Shown in pieces: positions 50,375-58,296 of a stretch of DNA of 64,000 nt; the stretch's first letter is position 1, and every line of letters begins with the position of its first letter. A program made the position numbers and the translations under genes. This stretch comes from Arcobacteraceae bacterium. Lineage in GTDB: Bacteria; Campylobacterota; Campylobacteria; Campylobacterales; Arcobacteraceae. The DNA is taken from NCBI GenBank assembly GCA_965224485.1, contig CBDCZH010000018.1, positions 1 to 64,000 on the forward strand, read 5' to 3'. Under the pieces are notes generated by a model. It was not told the DNA's origin and did not search any database. It saw only the letters and a list, made by a program, of their open reading frames with translations.

Positions 50375-51690
50375 TTTGACTCAAGATTTCTTGCTAACAT
50401 TCCAATACTTTGTTCTTCTAAAATAGAAACAATTGCTTCTGCTTTTGATGAAATATATGTATATGAAAAAAGCAAAGGAATAGCTGTTACTAAACCTAAA
50501 ACAGTAGTAATTAAAGCAGTTGAAATACCACCTGCCATAAGTTTTGGATCACCTGTTCCAAATAGTGTAATAGCTTGGAACGTTGCAATCATACCTGTTA
50601 CAGTACCTAATAAACCCAATAATGGAGTTACTGCTGATAAAAGTTTTACAAAACTCTGACCTTTTTTAATTTGATTTATTTCTCTTAGAATTACTTCACT
50701 TACTTTTGTTTCTAAATCAAGAGTACTTCTATGTTGGTTTTTATAAAAAACATCTGCAATTTTTCCTAAAGAGTTATCATCAGTAGGACTTTTAATATTT
50801 AACATTTGTTTGTTTATTTTAACTTGAGCTAGATTTAAAATAAGCATTTTATAAAAAGCAACTAATAATCCAAGTGCTCCTAAGAATATAATAATATACC
50901 CAACAATTCCACCTTGATTTATTCTATCAAGTAAAGAAGGTCTATTATTTAACATTTCAAATAAAGTTCCTCTTGTTGGATCTATTAATATATTTTTTAT
51001 TTCATTAGTACTGTCTTGAAACTCTTGTGCTAAATCTTGTCTTGCTCCACTTGGTTGTGTTGATAATTCAATTAGTGAATTCATATCTTTGGAATATTCT
51101 AAATAATTACCATTGGAAACAGCAGAGAAAAGCCCAATTCTTGTAACTTCTTGATTTACTTTTTCACCAGAGTGTAAAATAATACTAGCAGTATAAGAAG
51201 TAATATTCCCACTTTGTGCAATTTCTTCTAACATAGCATGCCAAAAACTTTTTAGTTTTTCTAAGTTCGGTAGTTTTTGTGAATTTGCAAACTCTTTAAA
51301 TAAAGTAAGTTTTGAAGGAAATTCAGAAGCTGTTAATGAGTGTTGAAAATTAATAGAAAAATCAGATGATGTTTGTCTAACACTTCCAAACATTTCCCCT
51401 AAGTCACCCATTTTAAGAGCTAACTCGGCTTCTTTAATAGCTAATAGTTTTTCATTGTTTTCAATAATAGTTTTTAATGTTAGACTTCTTTTATTTTGTA
51501 CTGCTAACTTATTCTTTTCTTTTGCAAGAAGTATCTTTTGTTCTTGTTTATTTTCAATAAAAGTACTAATTCTTTTCTTTTCTAATACTAATTCTTCTTT
51601 TGCATCATGTTTAATATCTTCTAATAAATGTTCAAGATTCAAAGCAAAAATAGTATTAAAGCTAAGAATTAAAAGTAATATATATCTCAT
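50371..51690 (-). CDS. TtpC-like long ExbB-family protein
   Basis: Signal peptide, coiled-coil periplasmic region, IDPTRG and PLLGLLGTVTGMIATFQAITLFGTGDPKLMAGGIS. Confidence 0.9.
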   Translation of the reverse strand: MRYILLLILSFNTIFALNLEHLLEDIKHDAKEELVLEKKRISTFIENKQEQKILLAKEKNKLAVQNKRSLTLKTIIENNEKLLAIKEAELALKMGDLGEMFGSVRQTSSDFSINFQHSLTASEFPSKLTLFKEFANSQKLPNLEKLKSFWHAMLEEIAQSGNITSYTASIILHSGEKVNQEVTRIGLFSAVSNGNYLEYSKDMNSLIELSTQPSGARQDLAQEFQDSTNEIKNILIDPTRGTLFEMLNNRPSLLDRINQGGIVGYIIIFLGALGLLVAFYKMLILNLAQVKINKQMLNIKSPTDDNSLGKIADVFYKNQHRSTLDLETKVSEVILREINQIKKGQSFVKLLSAVTPLLGLLGTVTGMIATFQAITLFGTGDPKLMAGGISTALITTVLGLVTAIPLLFSYTYISSKAEAIVSILEEQSIGMLARNLESK

Positions 51691-52438
51691 TATTTTATGT
51701 CCTTTGTACTTAAAAATGGAAGTTCTAAAAAGTTAACATTTTGTTGTTTTTTAGCTATTTTAATACCTTTTCTTATATTAGCCTGAGCCGTACTATTTTC
51801 GATACTTTCCCATTTAGATTCTTTTTTATTCCAATATCCATATTGTGAATAATCTAAACTTTGAAAATATAAACCAACTCTTCCAATTCGTAAAAAGTTA
51901 AAGGTTTTATTATCTAAACTATCTTGATATGTTTCAATATTTTTTGCATAATCATATTCTATTTTAAAAGCTTCTAAAATAATTCTATATTTCTCATGAG
52001 TTTTAATATCAGCTCTATTAATCATTTTTTCCAATTTTAAAATACGAGCTTTTCTCTCACTTAGTAAAAAAGGAGCATCTAGTTGAACTATTTATCTAGA
52101 CTTTTAATCATATTATTCATTAATGGAAAAATATTTTTTTGTGTTTCTTCTATTTCAATTAGTTGTTGGTTAATTTCTTTTATCTCTTTATTTTGAGAAG
52201 TGATAACTTCTTGTAGTTGTTTATTATAAGCTTTTGTATTTTTAATCTCTTGGTTTACATACTTATATTTTGATACCAGTACATTTGTTTGGTCATCAAT
52301 TTTGTCGATTTTTTTTTGGTAAGTGTCTAGGGTCGTATTAGTTTTTTCTATAAGATTGATAGATTTATCAATATTGTTATTAGCAAAACAAGTTGCATAA
52401 AAACAAATTAGAATAGTTAGTATTCTTGGTAAAAACAT
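51690..52438 (-). CDS. DUF3450/TtpB-like protein, split by one indel near 52090
   Basis: ORFs 52088-52438 and 51690-52034 are bridged by LVQLDAPFLLSERKARI; EKYRIILEAFKIEYDY and FLRIGRVGLYFQS motifs. Confidence 0.85.
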
Positions 52439-52463
52439 TATTTATTTCCTTTAAAATATTTTA

Positions 52464-52478
52464 TGATAATAATAATCA
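52464..52478. promoter_or_regulatory. Fur-type box upstream of the TonB operon
   Basis: TGATAAT-A-ATAATCA about 25 bp upstream of the 52438 start. Confidence 0.6.
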
Positions 52479-52578
52479 AAATATACTAAGATAAAACTTA
52501 TACGAAAAGCAAACATGACAAGCAGAATGTAAATACTAGTAATTATTTTTTGATTTCAAGTTCTAATATTAATAATTA

Positions 52579-52627
52579 TGATAATTATTCTCTACTAATA
52601 AGACGTGAAAATATTAAAAAACGGACA
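52579..52627 (-). promoter_or_regulatory. Candidate ECF-sigma promoter plus adjacent Fur-type box
   Basis: Minus strand TGTCCG-N16-CGTCTT (52600-52627), followed by TGATAAT-T-ATTCTCT (52579-52593). Confidence 0.6.
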
Positions 52628-52653
52628 AAAATATAAATATTCTTTGAAATTTG

Positions 52654-52695
52654 TAAATATTTCACTACTTAAGTTATCTTAGTAGTGAATATTTA
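52654..52695 (-). terminator. Hairpin after the PepSY-TM gene
   Basis: AAATATTTCACTACT...AGTAGTGAATATTT imperfect inverted repeat. Confidence 0.6.
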
Positions 52696-52697
52696 AT

Positions 52698-53753
52698 TTA
52701 ATTAAGAGTTTTATTTCTTTTTTTATACATTAGACTAAGTCCTGAGATACTCAATAATAATGGACTTAAAGCAAGTAAGAACCAAATGAATTTAGTAAAT
52801 TCATTATAATAACCGTAGTGTACTTTTCTAAATGTATTAAAGAATCTCTTCTTCAAGTCTTGCTCTTTAATTTTAAAAGTTGATACTAATTCCCCCGTAT
52901 GTTTATCAAATCTAACTATGTTTGCATATTGATCATATAAAATATTATCATTAGTCAGTTTTGCGTAAAAAGAGATGGGCCATTTTTCTTTATATGGAAA
53001 ACTTATATAGTGTAGAGTATTTTCTCCCAGCTGTATATTTACTTGTTTATATAACGCATCTAAGGATATGTTTGCATTGTATAAATTTGGCTTAACAATA
53101 TATCTAGGTTCTTTCTTAAAAGTATCTAAAGAAGAATTAACAGACCAATACGTACCAATACTTACAATAATAAGTAAAATTGGGGATGAAATTATACCAA
53201 TAGTTTTATGGAAACTACTAAAATATATCTTAGTCTTTTTATTAAAATTTAATTTAAAAAAGTTTTTCCAAAAGTTTTTATATATGATAATTCCACTTAG
53301 GGCAACAAGGCAAAAGATAAAACCTATAATGCTAAGGATAAAAGTTCCATATTTTTTTAAAAACAAACTTGTATGTAATTCATCAATAAAACCAGTAAAA
53401 TACTTATTTCTTTCTTTCATTGTATTTAATAAAGTACCAGTATACTGGTTAATATAAAGAAGATTCTTTTCTTTTTCATTATGTTTGATTAAATATATTT
53501 GATGGGCTAATGTATCATCTTCTGGTAATAACCACCCAACTATTTCATAGTTGGGATAATTCTTATTTATTTTTTCTTTTAAAATATCCAAAGATATACT
53601 TCTTTCTTTTTTTACACTAAGAGCATTTGATAAAGAAAGATTATCTATTTCATATTTATATACTAAAATAGCCCCAGTTAATGAAACTACTATAATAGGA
53701 ATAAATATGAGAAAAGATAAGTATTTATGTATACGTAGAGCTATTTTTCTCAT
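52698..53753 (-). CDS. PepSY-associated TM helix protein (putative ferri-siderophore reductase)
   Basis: RIHKYLS, SLTGAILVY, ELHTSLF, FHKTIGII and KVHYG, showing conserved TM histidines; directly downstream of the receptor. Confidence 0.85.
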   Translation of the reverse strand: MRKIALRIHKYLSFLIFIPIIVVSLTGAILVYKYEIDNLSLSNALSVKKERSISLDILKEKINKNYPNYEIVGWLLPEDDTLAHQIYLIKHNEKEKNLLYINQYTGTLLNTMKERNKYFTGFIDELHTSLFLKKYGTFILSIIGFIFCLVALSGIIIYKNFWKNFFKLNFNKKTKIYFSSFHKTIGIISSPILLIIVSIGTYWSVNSSLDTFKKEPRYIVKPNLYNANISLDALYKQVNIQLGENTLHYISFPYKEKWPISFYAKLTNDNILYDQYANIVRFDKHTGELVSTFKIKEQDLKKRFFNTFRKVHYGYYNEFTKFIWFLLALSPLLLSISGLSLMYKKRNKTLN

Positions 53754-53756
53754 ATT

Positions 53757-56129
53757 CTAATATGTCCATTTAAGAGTCAAATATGCAGATCTTGGCGCTC
53801 CATAAAAAGACTGATTCTTATAATATAAACTTGTTAGATACTTCTTGTTTGTAATATTATTAATATTTAACGTAGCTTCTAAGTTTTTGTTTATTTTATA
53901 CTGAGTCATTAAATTAATTAAAGCATATGATTCTTGTCTAGTTATCGCATTTTGCCCTGTTTTTGCACCAACAGTAATTTTTCCTTGTTCTCTATAAATA
54001 TCATCTTGCCAATTAATACTTGCTCCTATTTTTAAGTTCTGCATTGATTGAAAAGTATATGTTGTAGCTAGTTTAATTGTTTGTTTAGGAATATATGTTC
54101 TTATTTCATTCCCTTTTGTATCTTTTATTCTTAAGTTTGAATATGAAATAGAATTATTTAATCCAGTAATAAAACTTCCTGTAACTTCAGCAGTAAAACC
54201 ACTACTTGTAATACCATCATTAACACTATAATAATTACTTCCATCAGTTAATTTACCTTCATTTTGAGGTGCATTTTTTTGATTTATTCTAAATAGTGAA
54301 AATGCAGAATGTAGCTTATTATCAAAGTATGAACCTTTTGTACCAATTTCATAATTGACTGATTCCGTAGGATTAAGTTGTTTTGAATTTTTATCAATTT
54401 TAGCTTGAGGAGTAAATGAATTAGTATAACTTCCATAAATCATATTATTATCATTTAAAGTATAAACTATACCTGCATATGGAGTTAAAATTGAGCTACT
54501 TTTTGAACTTTTTAAAGCCTTGTGTTCAATAACATTTTTTTCCCAAGTAGTTAGTCGTCCTCCTAGAATTAAAGATATATCATCACTTAAATGTATATTA
54601 CTAGCTAGGTATATAGCTTTTTCTTTATCTATAAAATGAGCTATTTCTGGTTTATCAACTAAATTAGGATATGGTGTTTTCCCTTTCCATTTAGTAAAAT
54701 CTCCAATAGAGGGAGATCCATTAATGCTATCATATAATGAAGTCTCATTAGTTTTTCTTTGAGCATATGATAAACCAATAATTGCTGAGTTCTCATATCC
54801 AAATAATTCATATGGCCCTTTAGCATGAATATCAATACTTTTTTCATTTGTTTCTCCTTTTCTATAATTTGAAGCAAAACCAGTTAAACCAAGGTTCGTA
54901 CCAGCTGTTGGAGTTTTATAAATATAGAATAAGTCTGAATCAAGTTTTGTTTTCTTTTTTGTTAAGGCAACATTTACTTGCCAATCATTATTAAAATCTT
55001 GAGATAAGGTAGAAAACAATTCTGTTTTAGTGATATCCCAATAAGACCAAGAAGCAGCTGTATTTGCACTTCTATCAAAGTTTGTTGCAGTTCCATTGGT
55101 ATAATACATCTGAAGTGCGCCCCACATGGGACTTTTAGGATTTTCATTGCTTCTTTTGTATCCAAATGTTAATAAAGTACTATCACTTAAATTAGCTTCA
55201 AAAATTGTATAAAACAAGTTATTATCAGTTTTATATCTATCAAGATATGATTCACTATTTTCCTTTGATACAATAGCTCTTGCTCTAAAAGTATTTGAAA
55301 TTGAACCAGAAATGTCAGCAGAAATTTTTTTCTTATTTTCTGATCCTATTATTAAAGAAGTATTAGCTTGAAACTCTTTTGTTGGTTTTTTTCTTATCAT
55401 ATTAATTGTAGCAGAAGGATCACCAGCCCCACTAGTAAGTCCAGAAGCTCCTCTAGTAATTTCAATATGATCATAAATAATAGTATCTTCATCTCCATAA
55501 TTTCTAGCATCACTTAGAGGTAAGTTAATTCCATCAACTTGGAAATTTGATATATCAAATCCTCTTGAAGTATATTTAGTTCTTTCTGATTCACTATCCT
55601 CTACTGTAATTCCAGGTGCAAATTCTAGAACTTCATTAATAGTATTTAATGCATAGTCTTTCATCTTTTGATTTGTAATAACAGATACTGTTTGAGGAGT
55701 TTCAAAAATAGATAAATCCATTTTTGTTGATGTACTCATAGAATTAATAGAATATGAGTTACTATTTTCACTTATATTATTTGATGTTCCAAGTACATCA
55801 ACCTCTCCTAAATTTGATGAGTCATTATTAGTTTTAACTTTCTTTTTTATAATAATGGTCTCATTTTTTATAATAGCTTCTAAATTTGTATTTTTCAATA
55901 CTTCTTTTAGTGCATTTTGTACACCAGTTATATCTTGCAAAGTTGGTGCTTGTTTTCCTTTTATTAAACTTTCCTCTACGATATATGGAAGTTTAGCTTT
56001 TTTGGCTATAATTTCTAGTGCCTCTGTCAATGTATTAGCTTTAATTGTGTAGTTCTCTTGGGCAAAAAGATTAGTACTTAACAATAAAGCAAGACTAGGG
56101 GCTATTAATGAAGATTTTAATAAATTCAT
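53757..56129 (-). CDS. TonB-dependent siderophore receptor with N-terminal STN signalling domain (FhuE/FpvA-like)
   Basis: Signal peptide, STN-like region, ETPQTVSVIT, SRGFDISNFQVDG, IEITRGASGL and terminal YGAPRSAYLTLKWTY. Confidence 0.93.
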   Translation of the reverse strand: MNLLKSSLIAPSLALLLSTNLFAQENYTIKANTLTEALEIIAKKAKLPYIVEESLIKGKQAPTLQDITGVQNALKEVLKNTNLEAIIKNETIIIKKKVKTNNDSSNLGEVDVLGTSNNISENSNSYSINSMSTSTKMDLSIFETPQTVSVITNQKMKDYALNTINEVLEFAPGITVEDSESERTKYTSRGFDISNFQVDGINLPLSDARNYGDEDTIIYDHIEITRGASGLTSGAGDPSATINMIRKKPTKEFQANTSLIIGSENKKKISADISGSISNTFRARAIVSKENSESYLDRYKTDNNLFYTIFEANLSDSTLLTFGYKRSNENPKSPMWGALQMYYTNGTATNFDRSANTAASWSYWDITKTELFSTLSQDFNNDWQVNVALTKKKTKLDSDLFYIYKTPTAGTNLGLTGFASNYRKGETNEKSIDIHAKGPYELFGYENSAIIGLSYAQRKTNETSLYDSINGSPSIGDFTKWKGKTPYPNLVDKPEIAHFIDKEKAIYLASNIHLSDDISLILGGRLTTWEKNVIEHKALKSSKSSSILTPYAGIVYTLNDNNMIYGSYTNSFTPQAKIDKNSKQLNPTESVNYEIGTKGSYFDNKLHSAFSLFRINQKNAPQNEGKLTDGSNYYSVNDGITSSGFTAEVTGSFITGLNNSISYSNLRIKDTKGNEIRTYIPKQTIKLATTYTFQSMQNLKIGASINWQDDIYREQGKITVGAKTGQNAITRQESYALINLMTQYKINKNLEATLNINNITNKKYLTSLYYKNQSFYGAPRSAYLTLKWTY

Positions 56130-56152
56130 TTTTTTCCTTTGTTTTATGATTT

Positions 56153-56202
56153 TGAGAATTGTTATCTCTAGCTTATAACGGAATTATGAAAAAAAACGGA
56201 CA
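56153..56202 (-). promoter_or_regulatory. Candidate ECF-sigma promoter plus adjacent Fur-type box
   Basis: Minus strand TGTCCG-N16-CGTTAT (56175-56202), followed by TGAGAAT-T-GTTATCT (56153-56167). Confidence 0.62.
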
Positions 56203-56241
56203 TTTAAATAAAAGAATTTTAATTTTTTTGTAAATTTATAT

Positions 56242-57204
56242 TTAAAGTAGGGGTAGAATTTTAATTATATCTTTGTGTCTTTGTATACGTAAGGGGTAGA
56301 TTTCAGGCAAGGCTTTGATAAATTTATCTAATTCTTTAATAGAAAATACTCCAGAAATCTTAAATTGTGAAACTTTATAATTTTCTAAAATAATATTTGT
56401 ATTTGAATATCTTGCAAACTCTTTTAGAGCTTCTTTTAAACTAGTATTTTCAAACTTAATTAAATCATTTTTCCACTTTGCTATATCTTGTAATTTAATA
56501 TCTTGAAGTGAAATATTTAAACCTAAGTTATTAAAAGAGAATGATTGACCTTTTTGAAGAATGATTAAATTTTTAAATTTCTGATTATACTTATAGGCAA
56601 TTTTTACAAAACCTTCTATAACATTAATCTGTCGTAAGTTAGCTATATTTATGAGCTCAAACTTAGTTCCTAGTACCTCGATATTTGTATTTCCACTTCT
56701 TATTATAAATGGTCTATTTTTGTCTTTTGCCACAGAAAATAAAGCCTTGCCAGAAGGAAAATTTATTAAGCGTTTGTTTTTATAATAGTTTACTTCAATA
56801 CTTGAGTGTACATCTAAATCAATAAGAGTATTATCTGGTAAGGTAATATTAACTTTTTTTGTATTCGTAGTAAGATAGTTATTTGTGTAGATACTTTTAG
56901 TATTTTCATAATAAAAATAAGTACAGAAACAAACAATAACAATACTTGCAGCAATAGGTGATAATATCTTTTTTTGTAAGAAATATCTTTTATCTTTTTT
57001 AATAGAGTTTTGTATCTTAGTTTTATCTTCTTTTTTTAAGAATGTACATGAAGAGTGTAAGGTTTTATATTTATCATAAGCTTTTTTGTTATGAATATTA
57101 CTTGAAAATTTTTCAAAAAGTACTTTTTCTTCTTTACTAAAACCTTCTTTTTCTCTCATAAGCCAAGAGAGTGCTTGCTCATTAATTTTATCATTAATAT
57201 TCAT
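56242..57204 (-). CDS. FecR-family anti-sigma/signal transducer
   Basis: EQALSWL, TM segment, ITLPDNT, FSVAKDKNRPFII and IEVLGTKF motifs. Confidence 0.92.
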   Translation of the reverse strand: MNINDKINEQALSWLMREKEGFSKEEKVLFEKFSSNIHNKKAYDKYKTLHSSCTFLKKEDKTKIQNSIKKDKRYFLQKKILSPIAASIVIVCFCTYFYYENTKSIYTNNYLTTNTKKVNITLPDNTLIDLDVHSSIEVNYYKNKRLINFPSGKALFSVAKDKNRPFIIRSGNTNIEVLGTKFELINIANLRQINVIEGFVKIAYKYNQKFKNLIILQKGQSFSFNNLGLNISLQDIKLQDIAKWKNDLIKFENTSLKEALKEFARYSNTNIILENYKVSQFKISGVFSIKELDKFIKALPEIYPLRIQRHKDIIKILPLL

Positions 57205-57679
57205 CTCTAAAACCACCTTTTTCTAGTTCTTCTTGTACTTTTATACTTGCTCTTTGAATATTCTTTTCAACCGCGCTTATTCCAATATTCATTTTTACTG
57301 CAATCTCTTTTCTTGAATATCCTTCAATAACATACAAATAAAAAGCTTCTTTGTTTTTAGGGCTTAAGGTGTTAATGCATTGTAATAATAAGGTATTTTT
57401 GTCTTTTTTTTCTATAATTTCTTCTGTTTGTAAAGAAGGTGATATTTCATAGTTTTCTTCTGTATAGATAATTTCTTGAACATTCTTCTTTTTTCTTGAT
57501 TCATCAAAAACCAAGTGTTTTGCAATTTTATATAAATAAGCTCTTTTATTTTCAACTTTCTCATGAACTTTTAAGTGTAGTGCTTTGGCATAAGTTTCTT
57601 GAGTTAAGTCTTGTGCTAAATGTTTATCTCCACTTAGTCGTTGTACATAATTTAATATTTCATTATAAAACTCTATCAT
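57194..57679 (-). CDS. FecI-like ECF sigma factor
   Basis: AQDLTQETY, RAYLYKIAKH and EGYSRKEIA...AVEKNIQRA motifs; overlaps fecR. Confidence 0.93.
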   Translation of the reverse strand: MIEFYNEILNYVQRLSGDKHLAQDLTQETYAKALHLKVHEKVENKRAYLYKIAKHLVFDESRKKKNVQEIIYTEENYEISPSLQTEEIIEKKDKNTLLLQCINTLSPKNKEAFYLYVIEGYSRKEIAVKMNIGISAVEKNIQRASIKVQEELEKGGFRDEY

Positions 57680-57705
57680 CTAAAAAAGAAATCCTTTTAA
57701 GTAAT

Positions 57706-57730
57706 TGAGAAATGTTATCATAATCATTCT
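57706..57730. promoter_or_regulatory. Fur-type box upstream of the ECF sigma gene
   Basis: TGAGAAA-T-GTTATCA followed by TAATCATTCT, about 27 bp upstream of the start. Confidence 0.55.
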
Positions 57731-57853
57731 TATAATATAAAAATATATATCATTAATTATATTCTATAAGAAAGATTGTAGATGACTTAATATTTTACTA
57801 TTGCCTTATCTTAATTAACCTTATTTAAAAAAATTTTCTTACTTTTTTAAACT

Positions 57854-58000
57854 TCAATTATCTTTATCCTTGTTTCTCTTATCTTTTTTACTTGCACAAG
57901 CACAAGATCCACAAGAGTTTTTTTTAAATAAAGTCTTATAAATATAATAAAGTGCAAAAGAAAAAATTATTGCAGTAAAAGCTAATTCTTCATTTGTCAT
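57854..58000 (-). CDS. FeoB-associated Cys-rich small membrane protein (48 aa, not in the ORF track)
   Basis: Manual translation MTNEELAFTAIIFSFALYYIYKTLFKKNSCGSCACASKKDKRNKDKDN*: a TM helix plus CxxCxC; ATGA overlap with the upstream gene. Confidence 0.85.
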   Translation of the reverse strand: MTNEELAFTAIIFSFALYYIYKTLFKKNSCGSCACASKKDKRNKDKDN

Positions 58001-58296
58001 TCAACTATGTCCTCCCCTTTTATTGTAACTAAATGACCTTTTCCTGCATCAAAAGAGACGCTATAAGCTGCTATTGGTTTATTAAAAGTAAATTCACTAT
58101 CTTCATTCATAATACTGTCAATAACTTTTCTAGTATTTTGTGTTATATAAATATTAACTCCACTACCACTAGCCCCAGATGAAAAACCACCCTCGCAAGT
58201 AATAGTATTATCTCCATTGTCAAAACAAGTCATAATTGCTGTATGTGCTTGTGCACTTATTAGTAAAACGCTTGTTAGTAAAAATTTTTTAATCAT
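57997..58296 (-). CDS. Small secreted protein in the feo operon (putative metal-binding)
   Basis: Signal peptide ending AQA, then H at the mature N-terminus; C...C pair, GGFSSG and FDAGKGH. Confidence 0.75.
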   Translation of the reverse strand: MIKKFLLTSVLLISAQAHTAIMTCFDNGDNTITCEGGFSSGASGSGVNIYITQNTRKVIDSIMNEDSEFTFNKPIAAYSVSFDAGKGHLVTIKGEDIVE

